In this document: positions 49,226 to 58,305 of the stretch, in pieces | How the letters are laid out: each line of letters opens with the position of its first letter | Position numbering within the stretch: the stretch's first letter is position 1 | From: Clostridia bacterium | Lineage (GTDB): Bacteria > Bacillota > Clostridia > UMGS1810 | DNA: 64,000 nt | NCBI GenBank assembly: GCA_045589495.1 | Contig: JAZNPF010000041.1 | Coordinates: 6,649-70,648, forward strand | Direction of reading: 5' to 3' | Notes under the pieces: model-generated | The model's database searches: none | What the model was told of the DNA's origin: nothing | What the model saw: only the letters and a program-made list of their open reading frames with translations | Position numbers and translations under genes: made by a program

Positions 49226-50410
49226 TCATAAATATTTATTATTTATACAAAATTCTTTTTTCTTTGCCCATTCACAATTCAGTTCAGAAAGCATTTTTCC
49301 TTGTTTAAATGCGTTTATAAGAAGATCATCCAAACCACTCACAAAAGTTCGTTTTTCATCCTCATCATTTATAATCAAATCAGCAGGAAAATCCTGAACT
49401 TCACATTGTTCATACAAACTGTTGATAATTATATTATGTGGCATAGCAGTTTCAGCAACACAGGGAAGTTGAGTACCATCTGAAGCCGCGCTAATAGCAT
49501 CCCAAAGTTTTTTATTGTTGTCTATATCAATTACAGGATCACCATAATCTTTAACAGTACCATCATTGAATTTTGCAACAATATTTGTTTTTCCGCATTC
49601 GTATGTCACAACAGCATTTTCGAATTTAAATTCAAATATCGGGTGTACCCAAGTGGTTATTGCATGTGATGCAATCATCAAAACATCAATATCTTCTTCT
49701 GTTTTCATACAAATAACAGCGGTATCATAATTTTCTATTTTATTTGCACGTAAAAGTTCCGCGGAATATTTTTGAGGCAAACAAGTTTTATCCATTGTCT
49801 TACCCAAAATAAACAACATATTATGCAAATAATGAGCAGTTGCATTTGAAATTACAGAATCCAAAATCAGGTTATTATTATCATCCCGGATTCTTCCCGC
49901 CCAACCACTGCTTCTGCCGTAATATTGCCAATCTCTCGGCCATAAAACTATAGTTTTGAGTTCTATGGGGTTGCCTAAAACACCATTAAGAACATCTGAT
50001 TTTAAATCAATTATGCTCTGAGCATATGAATGTTGATATCCTATTGCAATAAATTTCCCAGTACGCTCTGATGCCTCACATATAGCCTTAGCATCTTCAT
50101 AACTTGAAGCAATCGGCTTTTCGCACAGCACATTTGCACCATGCTCAACGGCATATATACAATGGTCTTTATGAAAATGCGGTGGAGTACTTATAACCAC
50201 TAAATCCGCTGTATTCTCTGCAAAAAAATCTGCCATTGTTTTATACACAGGAATATTGTTTTTTTCAAATTCATCAATATAAGGAAAATCGTCACAAATT
50301 TCAACAACACCCACATATTCGTATTTTCCACTATTAATATTATCAAGCAATGGCCGTGTGTATGTAGCACCAAATCCGCCTGCCCCGACAGTTAATATTT
50401 TAACACTCAT
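49226..50410 (-). CDS. Gfo/Idh/MocA-family oxidoreductase
   Basis: ILTVGAGGFG Rossmann motif and CEKPIAS. ATG at 50410 follows AAGGAG. Confidence 0.75.
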   Translation of the reverse strand: MSVKILTVGAGGFGATYTRPLLDNINSGKYEYVGVVEICDDFPYIDEFEKNNIPVYKTMADFFAENTADLVVISTPPHFHKDHCIYAVEHGANVLCEKPIASSYEDAKAICEASERTGKFIAIGYQHSYAQSIIDLKSDVLNGVLGNPIELKTIVLWPRDWQYYGRSSGWAGRIRDDNNNLILDSVISNATAHYLHNMLFILGKTMDKTCLPQKYSAELLRANKIENYDTAVICMKTEEDIDVLMIASHAITTWVHPIFEFKFENAVVTYECGKTNIVAKFNDGTVKDYGDPVIDIDNNKKLWDAISAASDGTQLPCVAETAMPHNIIINSLYEQCEVQDFPADLIINDEDEKRTFVSGLDDLLINAFKQGKMLSELNCEWAKKKEFCINNKYL

Positions 50411-50424
50411 TTTATCTCCTTCTT

Positions 50425-51405
50425 TCAACAAGTTATTGCCTGTTCCTGAATAAGCAATGTATCTTCTGCAGAGCGAAGAACATCTTCAGTAGTCAAATAT
50501 AAATCAGTATTTCCACTTATTTCACCTATAAAATCATTCCAGGATGTATGATTTCCTATATCTGTAGGTTCTAAGACATCCGGTTGTTCTTTATCTTTAT
50601 AATAAACAAGTGCCGGAGTATTGTGCCATGAAAATCTCACTGCACCGAGAGTTCCAAAAATTTCGAAATTAACCTTAAACGAAACACATGCATCATCAGG
50701 GATAGAATAAGAAGTATCCAAAAGCATTCCCGCTCCATTAGACAACACGCCCATAACCTGACCGCAATCATCAAATCCTCTTTCCTCAGGCGAAAATCCT
50801 CTCCAACAACGTGCTGCAAGTGTTTTTTGCGGAGTAAGATCGGAAATATAGCGAATCATATCTATACCATGGATTCCTATATCATTGATTACGCCACCAT
50901 GCTTGCCATCCTCATAATACCAGGGCGCCCTGAATTTATAATGTAAAGGATGTTGAAGCCCCATATATATAGTTTTGATATCGCCAATCTTTCCACTTTG
51001 AACAATATCTCTGACAGCACATATATTAGGATTATATCTCATATCAAGCATACATCCGAGTTTGAGATTCTTTTCTTTTACTAATTTTTTGATTTCAATA
51101 AGTTCACTCGTTTTTGTGCATATAGGTTTATCTACCATAACATGTTTGCCTGCTTTTAATGCTTCAATAACCAACTGACCTCTATCACTAAAGCACGCAC
51201 CTATAGCAATAATTTCGGCACCACTTTTATCTAGCACATCTTTGTATGTATTGTGTGTAAGTGTAATTCCAGATTTTTCAAGTTGGCATATAACATTTTC
51301 GCCTGCTTCCCATATACCTGTTATTTCATATTTGGAGTCTGATTTAACCAAATTATAAACATTGAAAATATGATCATGATCAAATCCTGCAAATGCAATT
51401 TTCAT
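50425..51405 (-). CDS. Gfo/Idh/MocA-family oxidoreductase
   Basis: MKIAFAGFDHDH N-terminus and VDKPICT. ATG at 51405 follows GGGGTG. Confidence 0.7.
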   Translation of the reverse strand: MKIAFAGFDHDHIFNVYNLVKSDSKYEITGIWEAGENVICQLEKSGITLTHNTYKDVLDKSGAEIIAIGACFSDRGQLVIEALKAGKHVMVDKPICTKTSELIEIKKLVKEKNLKLGCMLDMRYNPNICAVRDIVQSGKIGDIKTIYMGLQHPLHYKFRAPWYYEDGKHGGVINDIGIHGIDMIRYISDLTPQKTLAARCWRGFSPEERGFDDCGQVMGVLSNGAGMLLDTSYSIPDDACVSFKVNFEIFGTLGAVRFSWHNTPALVYYKDKEQPDVLEPTDIGNHTSWNDFIGEISGNTDLYLTTEDVLRSAEDTLLIQEQAITC

Positions 51406-51835
51406 ATAGTACACCCCAATCTCATATCAGTTAAAACATTTTTTATGTAATTTTACTGAACTAAAATAATAATTTAGATTTCTCATTACTATCTGTAAAT
51501 ACACGTTTTCTATTTTAAAAAAAAGTTATTCAATAGTTTATTTTAAACTTATACACTAATAATAACATTGCTACATTTATACATTCAACAGACAAAATCT
51601 ATATTAACAGGTCAATTTCTACAAATCATATTCACGCACCAAATTCTCATATTATATCACCTCAAAATGGCATTTTGCTATATGATGTTAGTTTTACTTG
51701 TTATGTTTTACCAAATGCTTTTTGATGATGTGGAAGGCGGTATTTTTGAAAATGGATGCAAATAGATTAGGCATTGACGCTTGTTTTGTTCAGATCATCA
51801 CACGACATATGACAGTATTTTTAAACCAAAATTAA

Positions 51836-51884
51836 AACAGACGTTTCTTTTCAAACTATAATTGTTAGAAAAGAAACGCCTGTT
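51836..51884 (-). terminator. Rho-independent terminator after the AraC gene
   Basis: 17-bp stem AACAGACGTTTCTTTTC / GAAAAGAAACGCCTGTT. The single mismatch becomes a G-U pair on the minus strand. A T-rich tract follows. Confidence 0.75.
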
Positions 51885-51893
51885 TAATTGATA

Positions 51894-52700
51894 TTATCTT
51901 TTTGTAAGGGCATATTTTTTTGGTGTAATCCCTTTATATTTCTTAAACACGGCAGCAAAATAATTACTGTCGTTAAAACCGCATCTCATGGCAATCTTTG
52001 CTATCGGAATATTACTTTTTTTCAACATTTTTTCTGCAGCAGACACTTTTGAAATGTTGATATATTCGCTGAGGGTAATTCCAGATATTTTTTTAAACTG
52101 AGTAGAAAAGTGGTTTGGGCTAACGGAATATTTTTTAGAAAGTGTCTTTAAACTTAAGTCGGCATCTACATTTTCACTTATGTACTTCATAGCAGTCTCT
52201 ACAAGCAAAAATGCTTCCGAAAACTTAGCCTTATTATCTTTAAGACGATAACGTGAAATTATAAGAAGAAGTTCCCTCAAATAAAGTTTTTGCATTTCAA
52301 CGTAATCATGATGCACCTTAAGTGACTCTTCTGCCATTTTGTTAAGAAGTTCTTCAACTCGTTTTATTTCGTTAGATGGGAAAATAATATGCTTATTTTG
52401 AGAAAGTGCTCTTATATAATATTTGTAATCGTCACCTACAAATTCATCATCAAATTCAAGTAATATTCTGTCCTGCTCGCACTTTTGTTCATTATAAGTA
52501 CTGTGAAAAGCCCCCTTAGGTACAAAGACCATTTCTCCGGCATTAAGCACAAATATTTCACTTCCTATAAAGTAACGTGTGCTACCTTTAACAAGGTAGT
52601 ACATTTCATGCACATCATGAAAGTGGCTTACTGTCTTGTGATTTCTTTCTCTTTTCCTTCTATCGTAAAACTCAAATCCATCATCAACCCATATTGCCAT
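51894..52700 (-). CDS. AraC-family regulator (cupin plus HTH), divergent from uxaBAC
   Basis: Cupin motif HFHDVHEMYYLVKGS and a C-terminal AraC HTH (CGFNDSNYFAAVFKKY). ATG at 52700 follows GAGGTGAG. Confidence 0.85.
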   Translation of the reverse strand: MAIWVDDGFEFYDRRKRERNHKTVSHFHDVHEMYYLVKGSTRYFIGSEIFVLNAGEMVFVPKGAFHSTYNEQKCEQDRILLEFDDEFVGDDYKYYIRALSQNKHIIFPSNEIKRVEELLNKMAEESLKVHHDYVEMQKLYLRELLLIISRYRLKDNKAKFSEAFLLVETAMKYISENVDADLSLKTLSKKYSVSPNHFSTQFKKISGITLSEYINISKVSAAEKMLKKSNIPIAKIAMRCGFNDSNYFAAVFKKYKGITPKKYALTKR

Positions 52701-52747
52701 AAATCTCACCTCAGTAATAGAATATCATGGTTTAATCTAAAACGCAA

Positions 52748-52791
52748 TAAAATTTTCGTGTTTATCGATATAAACAGTAAAATTTTCGTGT
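52748..52791 (+). promoter_or_regulatory. Two perfect 14-nt direct repeats (TAAAATTTTCGTGT) 30 bp apart in the araC/uxaB divergent region
   Basis: Copies lie at 52748-52761 and 52778-52791. The second overlaps the -35 position relative to TATAAT at 52812-52817. An inverted half-motif ACACGAAA lies at 52839-52846. Confidence 0.55.
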
Positions 52792-52856
52792 ACTCCAATA
52801 CAATACAAGTATATAATTAGAAATTAGAAAACTATATTACACGAAAGGGACCCAAA

Positions 52857-54158
52857 ATGAAAAACTATAAAAAGATAGAAAGATGCGAAAAAATCATCCA
52901 ATTTGGCGAAGGCGGATTTTTAAGAGGCTTTGTGGACTGGATACTCCAGGAAATGAATGAAAAGACGGATTTTAACGGAAGTGTTGTTGTTGTACAGCCT
53001 ATACAGCATGGTATGTGTGACAAACTTACTGAACAAAACTGTCTATACACTCACATTATGAGAGGACTTGAATGTGGAAAAGCTGTTTCAAAATTAAAAA
53101 TAATTGATTCTATTTCACGTTGTGTAAAGCCTTATGACAATTACGAGGAATTTATGGAACTGGCAAACAACCCCGATATGAGATTCGTTTTTTCCAACAC
53201 TACAGAATCCGGTATAGTATACGATTCAAATGACAAGTTGTTTGACACGCCGCCCAAAACGTTTCCTGCAAAGGTATGCGCGTTTTTATACAAAAGATTC
53301 AAACTTGGTCTTGGTGGATTTATATTTATGCCCTGCGAACTTATTGACAAAAACGGCGAAACACTCAAAAATATTGTATTGAAAATTGCTGATGACAACA
53401 AACTTGAAGATGATTTCAAACTTTGGGTAAAAAATGAAAATATTTTCTGCAATACACTTGTGGACAGAATTGTTACCGGTTATCCCATGGATGAGGATAT
53501 AGACCTTGGATACACCGACAACATGCTCAACACCAGCGAACTTTTCCACCTGTGGGTAATCGAAGCTCCTAAAGATATATTAAAGGAAATCCCGTTTGAA
53601 AAAACTGGTCTTAATATAATAGTAACCGATGATCTGGAAATGTACCGTACGAGAAAGGTACGTATTTTAAATGGTGCACACACATCAATGATTCCATATG
53701 CAATGCTTGAGGGAATTGAAACTGTTAAAGACTGTATGGAAGATGAAAATATGAGCACCTTTGTAAAAAAATGCGTGTTTGATGAAATTATCCCTACCCT
53801 TGATTTACCAAGAGAGGAACTTATATCCTATGCAAACGATGTATTTGAGCGCTTCAACAATCCCTTTATAAAGCATTTATGTGCTTCAATTTCTCTGAAT
53901 TCCGTAAGTAAATTCAAGGTGAGAGTGCTCCCATCAATTACAGAATACATAAAAAGATGCGGTAAAATGCCAGAGAATTTAATTTTCTCGCTTTATAAAC
54001 TAATAGAATTTTATAAAACCGGCAATCCCAGTGATGATGAAAAAATAATTAAATTTATGAAAGAAAAATCAATAAAGGAAATTCTTGCAAATAAGGCCTT
54101 CTGGGATCAAGATCTTAGTTTTTTGTACGATGAAGTTATAAAACTTTCCAAGGAGTAA
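52857..54158 (+). CDS. uxaB: Tagaturonate reductase (altronate oxidoreductase)
   Basis: IIQFGEGGFLRGFVDW is a mannitol-dehydrogenase-family N-terminus. Both the 433 aa size and the gene order with uxaA and uxaC agree. Confidence 0.8.
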   Translation: MKNYKKIERCEKIIQFGEGGFLRGFVDWILQEMNEKTDFNGSVVVVQPIQHGMCDKLTEQNCLYTHIMRGLECGKAVSKLKIIDSISRCVKPYDNYEEFMELANNPDMRFVFSNTTESGIVYDSNDKLFDTPPKTFPAKVCAFLYKRFKLGLGGFIFMPCELIDKNGETLKNIVLKIADDNKLEDDFKLWVKNENIFCNTLVDRIVTGYPMDEDIDLGYTDNMLNTSELFHLWVIEAPKDILKEIPFEKTGLNIIVTDDLEMYRTRKVRILNGAHTSMIPYAMLEGIETVKDCMEDENMSTFVKKCVFDEIIPTLDLPREELISYANDVFERFNNPFIKHLCASISLNSVSKFKVRVLPSITEYIKRCGKMPENLIFSLYKLIEFYKTGNPSDDEKIIKFMKEKSIKEILANKAFWDQDLSFLYDEVIKLSKE

Positions 54159-54163
54159 TTTTT

Positions 54164-55543
54164 ATGATTATAAATAAGCTTGACAATGTAGAAATAAATC
54201 TCGAAGATGGACACAAGTATGCCATTTGCGACATTAAAAAGGGGAATAACATCATAAAATACGGTTCACCTATAGGCCATGCAACTTGCGATATAAAGAC
54301 CGGTGAACATGTACATACACACAATGTTAAAACAAATTTATCGGATAACCTGAGTTACACATATAATTACAAAGACTATGGCATAGAATCTATACCAACA
54401 GATCTTTGCTTTGAAGGATATGTAAGAGAAAACGGTGATGTTGGTATCCGTAACGAAATATGGATTATAAACACAGTGGGTTGCGTTAACAAAACCGCAG
54501 AAATTCTTGCACATAAAACCGATGCAAGGAACTTTTCCCATCCCTTTGGCTGTTCACAACTTGGTGACGACCAAAAAATCACCCAACTTATTTTAAAAGG
54601 CATGGTGAACCACCCAAATGCGGCAGGTGTGCTGGTGCTCGGATTAGGATGTGAAAACAACAACATTGAGGTTTTCAAAAATGTACTTGGCGATTACAAT
54701 CAAAAAAGAGTACGCTTTTTAAACGCTCAGGATTCTGACGATGAAATAGCCGAAGGTATAAAAATAATCAATGAATTAAAAGAATATGCTAATAGTTTCA
54801 AGAGAGAAAAAGTGCATATTTCAAAACTGAGAATTGGTCTTAAATGTGGTGGCAGCGATGGATACAGCGGTATAAGCGCAAATCCTCTTGTAGGTTCAAT
54901 TTCCGACAGAATGATAGCATACGGAGGAAGTTGTGTACTTACAGAAGTGCCCGAAATGTTTGGTGCAGAGCATCTTTTAATGGAAAGATGTGTAACAGAG
55001 GAAGTATTTAACAAAACAGTCGCACTTATAAACAACTTTAAAGATTACTACACAAAACATGACCAAGTTATATACGAAAATCCATCACCCGGAAACAAGA
55101 AAGGCGGTATTACCACTTTAGAAGAAAAATCCCTTGGTTGCATACAAAAGGGTGGCCTTGGAAAGGTAGTAGATGTGCTTGACTATGGTGATACCCTCGC
55201 AAAAAACGGTCTTTCACTTTTAAACGGACCCGGCAATGACATAGTTGCGGTTACAAACCTTATGGCGGCAGGGGTACATATAATACTTTTTACTACCGGC
55301 AGAGGCACTCCTCTTGGAAGCAGTGTTCCAACGATTAAAATTTCCACAAACAAAAATCTTGCCGTAAAAAAAGCAAACTGGATAGATTTTGACGCGTCAC
55401 CTCTACTGGCAGACAAAACTATGGATGCGCTAACAGATGAACTGTTGGAATTTATAGTTGACGTTGCATCAGGGAAAGAAACGAAAAACGAAATAAATGG
55501 ATATAGAGAGATTTCCATCTTTAAAGACGGTGTAACTCTTTAA
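54164..55543 (+). CDS. uxaA: Altronate dehydratase
   Basis: N-terminal SAF domain (DNVEINLEDGHKYAICDIKKGNNIIKYGSPIGHATCDIKTGEHVHTHN) followed by a UxaA/GarD C-terminal domain. Confidence 0.85.
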   Translation: MIINKLDNVEINLEDGHKYAICDIKKGNNIIKYGSPIGHATCDIKTGEHVHTHNVKTNLSDNLSYTYNYKDYGIESIPTDLCFEGYVRENGDVGIRNEIWIINTVGCVNKTAEILAHKTDARNFSHPFGCSQLGDDQKITQLILKGMVNHPNAAGVLVLGLGCENNNIEVFKNVLGDYNQKRVRFLNAQDSDDEIAEGIKIINELKEYANSFKREKVHISKLRIGLKCGGSDGYSGISANPLVGSISDRMIAYGGSCVLTEVPEMFGAEHLLMERCVTEEVFNKTVALINNFKDYYTKHDQVIYENPSPGNKKGGITTLEEKSLGCIQKGGLGKVVDVLDYGDTLAKNGLSLLNGPGNDIVAVTNLMAAGVHIILFTTGRGTPLGSSVPTIKISTNKNLAVKKANWIDFDASPLLADKTMDALTDELLEFIVDVASGKETKNEINGYREISIFKDGVTL

Positions 55544-55563
55544 TAAAGAAAGGATATTAAATT

Positions 55564-56931
55564 ATGGGAATTATAAATGATAAGTTCATGCTTAAAACAG
55601 AAACAGCAAAAGAACTTTACGATAGTTTTGCAAAAGATTTACCAATCATAGACTACCATTGCCATATTTCACCGCAGATGATAGCCGAGGATTACAAATT
55701 TAAAAGTGCATACGATTTATTTTTAGGCGGAGACCACTACAAGTGGAGACAAATGCGTTCAAACGGTATTGACGAAACCATGATTACCGGTGACGGCGAT
55801 GAATTTGAAAAATGGCTCGGTTTTGCTGAAAGTTTAAAACGTTGTATAGGCAATCCGCTTTACCACTGGACAAGTCTGGAATTAAAAAGATATTTTGACA
55901 TCGACACTCCTCTTACAGAAAAAAGTGCAAAGGAAATATGGGACAAGTGTAATGAACTTCTTGCAAGAGATGATTTTTCTGCACAGAATTTAATTAGAAA
56001 GTCAAATGTAGAAGTAATATGCACTACCGATGATCCAGCTGATGATTTGAGATATCATAAAAAAATAAAAGAGCAAGGGTTTGAAACAAAGGTATTGCCT
56101 ACGTTCAGACCCGACAAACTTATTAACATTGAAAAAGACGAATTTATACAATATATATCAGCACAAAAAATAACCAGTTACAACGATCTTGTGGCTTGGC
56201 TTCATAAAAGAATTGAGTATTTTGCATCCTTTGGCTGTAAACTTTCAGACCATGCCCTAGAAGACATACCCTTTGCTTTAGGTGACGCCAAGGCAGTTTT
56301 CGACAAAAGAATTTCCGGAAAAACTTTAAGTGAAACTGAAATTGATATATTCAAAACAAGCATGCTTGGCGAATGTGCAAAACACTATACAGAACTTGAC
56401 TGGGCAATGCAGATACACATTGGGGCCCTCAGAAACAATAACGCCAAAATGTTTGAAAAATTAGGTGCTGATACAGGATTTGACTCCATTGCTGACCCCT
56501 GTATTGCTGTAAACCTTTCCAAACTTTTAAACAACTTTGCCGAAAACAATTCTCTGCCAAAAACTATACTCTATGTACTTAACCCGAAAGATAACTATGT
56601 TATAGGCACTATGCTTGGCAATTTTCAAAACGGTCCAAAAAGAGGCAAAATTCAGTTTGGTTCAGGCTGGTGGTTTAATGATAACCGTGACGGCATGGAA
56701 GAACAAATGAAAGCTTTAGCAAATCTTGGTTGTCTTGGTAACTTTGTGGGTATGCTTACAGACTCCAGAAGTTTTGTGTCCTACCCAAGACATGAATATT
56801 TCAGACGTATCCTCTGCAACCTTATTGGTAAATGGGTTGAAGATGGCGAATATCCAAAAGATTACGATGCACTAAAAGAAATTATAGAGGGTATATGCTA
56901 CTATAATGCGAAGGAGTATTTTGAGTTTTAA
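55564..56931 (+). CDS. uxaC: Glucuronate (uronate) isomerase
   Basis: LPIIDYHCHISPQMIAED, GDHYKWRQMRSNG and NPLYHWTSLELKRYF are hallmark UxaC motifs. Confidence 0.9.
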   Translation: MGIINDKFMLKTETAKELYDSFAKDLPIIDYHCHISPQMIAEDYKFKSAYDLFLGGDHYKWRQMRSNGIDETMITGDGDEFEKWLGFAESLKRCIGNPLYHWTSLELKRYFDIDTPLTEKSAKEIWDKCNELLARDDFSAQNLIRKSNVEVICTTDDPADDLRYHKKIKEQGFETKVLPTFRPDKLINIEKDEFIQYISAQKITSYNDLVAWLHKRIEYFASFGCKLSDHALEDIPFALGDAKAVFDKRISGKTLSETEIDIFKTSMLGECAKHYTELDWAMQIHIGALRNNNAKMFEKLGADTGFDSIADPCIAVNLSKLLNNFAENNSLPKTILYVLNPKDNYVIGTMLGNFQNGPKRGKIQFGSGWWFNDNRDGMEEQMKALANLGCLGNFVGMLTDSRSFVSYPRHEYFRRILCNLIGKWVEDGEYPKDYDALKEIIEGICYYNAKEYFEF

Positions 56932-57017
56932 ATTTCTAGAAATACTATTCTTAAATTACAAAATATTAAAACATAGTTTTGAAATTAACAAACAAATTCA
57001 CATACGATACATAACCA

Positions 57018-57068
57018 TTAGGATCTAGTGATTTTATCGTGGGGGTTCAAGTCCCTTCGCCCGCACCA
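57018..57068 (+). pseudogene. Orphan 3' half of a tRNA-Leu(TAG)-like gene (anticodon loop to encoded CCA)
   Basis: TTAGGATCTAG-TGATTTTATCGT-GGGGG-TTCAAGT-CCCTT-CGCCCGC-A-CCA. This gives the 3' anticodon stem, a long variable arm, a T-arm, the acceptor 3' strand, the discriminator and CCA. No matching 5' half (GCGGGCG...) exists upstream. Confidence 0.7.
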
Positions 57069-57152
57069 AATTATAACCCTAGCTTTGATAAAAAGTTGGG
57101 GTTATTCTATTCTTTCATAAAATAAATCCTTCAGCCTCTTTAGAAAATGGAC

Positions 57153-57186
57153 AAAACCGCTTCAGATATAACTTGAAGCGGTTTTT
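57153..57186. terminator. Bidirectional terminator between the tRNA fragment and the R-M operon
   Basis: AAAACCGCTTCA / TGAAGCGGTTTTT stem-loop. It lies 3' of the S-subunit gene on the minus strand. Confidence 0.7.
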
Positions 57187-57255
57187 CCTGTTTTGTGATA
57201 TTGTTTGAAGAGCAAAACAGTTATTATGTTTTAAGAAGAGTATTTATAGGCCTTT

Positions 57256-58305
57256 TTAAATTCTATCACTATACGGTAAAGATTTCATATAATTCTCCAT
57301 ATAATCCCAATCTGGTTTACCATTTTTTGTAGGAAGTTTTATAACGGATTTTTTCATAACTTCTTTTTTCCACTTTCGTCCATAATTATATTTCGGACGT
57401 TCTGCCTTAATTATGGTCGCTATAAAAAGGCCAATATACTTATTTAATTCCCAGCCGTTGGGGTACAGCACATTAACATCGTCCGATGCCCAAAATGGTT
57501 CAGACTGATAAAAAGTTTCTCCTACACTGCCATTATAATTAACTGTTATGCAATTAGGTTTCCACAATCGTTCGGCTAAAATTTTTTGCCTAACACCATT
57601 ATTGTTATCAATTGCACCCAAATAGTTATCCGTTCCTTCAATCATATCAGCTTTAGTGAGACGCTTTCCCTTTTCGATCTTAAACAAATGACCAATGGTA
57701 TATTCTTCCCAATCACATACGGAAAGCGAGAGGCTGTAATCATTGCCGATTTTGGTCGTTATAGGATGGTGACATAACGAAGATATAAATTGTTCAATAT
57801 AATCCCAATCTGGAACATATCCGTGTTCTGAATATTGATGTGATTTGTCAATTAAAGGGGCACCATTTTCATATTTAATAGGTAACGGGATTTGAGTTTT
57901 AGCAATTTTGCCTTTTAAAAAAGCTCGACCGTAAGAATATTTATATTTTTCTTGCTTTATTAAAGAAATTATAAATAATCCTCTTTTTTCGTTTAACCAT
58001 TCACTACGCAAAATCACCATGTGATCTCCTGTAATGAAGGGCTTGGCTTGGTAATAACAATTGGCTGTAGTATCGCCTATAGTAATTGCATTAGCTTCCT
58101 CAATAACGGGTAGTCCTTCATTCAAAACCAAGCATTCACAGGCGTTATTCTCGTTGGTTCGCGTTACATACCTTATGCTATTAGAATTTTGGCTTTTACA
58201 TAATGTCAAATCCTCTTTGTTATAAGCCATCGCCTTATATATTTTAGGAAATAAATCCCCAACATAAAAATCTTTCCAGTCATCAGTCATTGGATTCATA
58301 AACAT
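57256..58305 (-). CDS. R-M specificity subunit (HsdS/BcgIB-like, two target-recognition domains)
   Basis: Internal duplication: each half starts W.(D/E).(Y).(V/I)G.LF and ends KY.YGR...I.LP....PDWDY.E..(I/M)(S/K)SL. It overlaps the methyltransferase stop by 23 nt. Confidence 0.75.
   Translation of the reverse strand: MFMNPMTDDWKDFYVGDLFPKIYKAMAYNKEDLTLCKSQNSNSIRYVTRTNENNACECLVLNEGLPVIEEANAITIGDTTANCYYQAKPFITGDHMVILRSEWLNEKRGLFIISLIKQEKYKYSYGRAFLKGKIAKTQIPLPIKYENGAPLIDKSHQYSEHGYVPDWDYIEQFISSLCHHPITTKIGNDYSLSLSVCDWEEYTIGHLFKIEKGKRLTKADMIEGTDNYLGAIDNNNGVRQKILAERLWKPNCITVNYNGSVGETFYQSEPFWASDDVNVLYPNGWELNKYIGLFIATIIKAERPKYNYGRKWKKEVMKKSVIKLPTKNGKPDWDYMENYMKSLPYSDRI

Noticed and set aside
51568-51765. 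65-aa ORF in the long intergenic region
   Set aside because: It has no RBS, its composition is low-complexity and hydrophobic as expected for AT-rich DNA, and it has no neighbouring gene context.
57018-57068. Considered as the 3' end of tmRNA (ssrA) or as the displaced 3' half of the intact tRNA-Leu at 14531
   Set aside because: There is no tag-reading frame or pseudoknot-like sequence upstream, and the variable arm and anticodon-loop remnant fit tRNA-Leu. Its acceptor strand CGCCCGC cannot pair with the GCGGATG 5' strand of the 14531 gene, so it is not simply that gene's duplicate.
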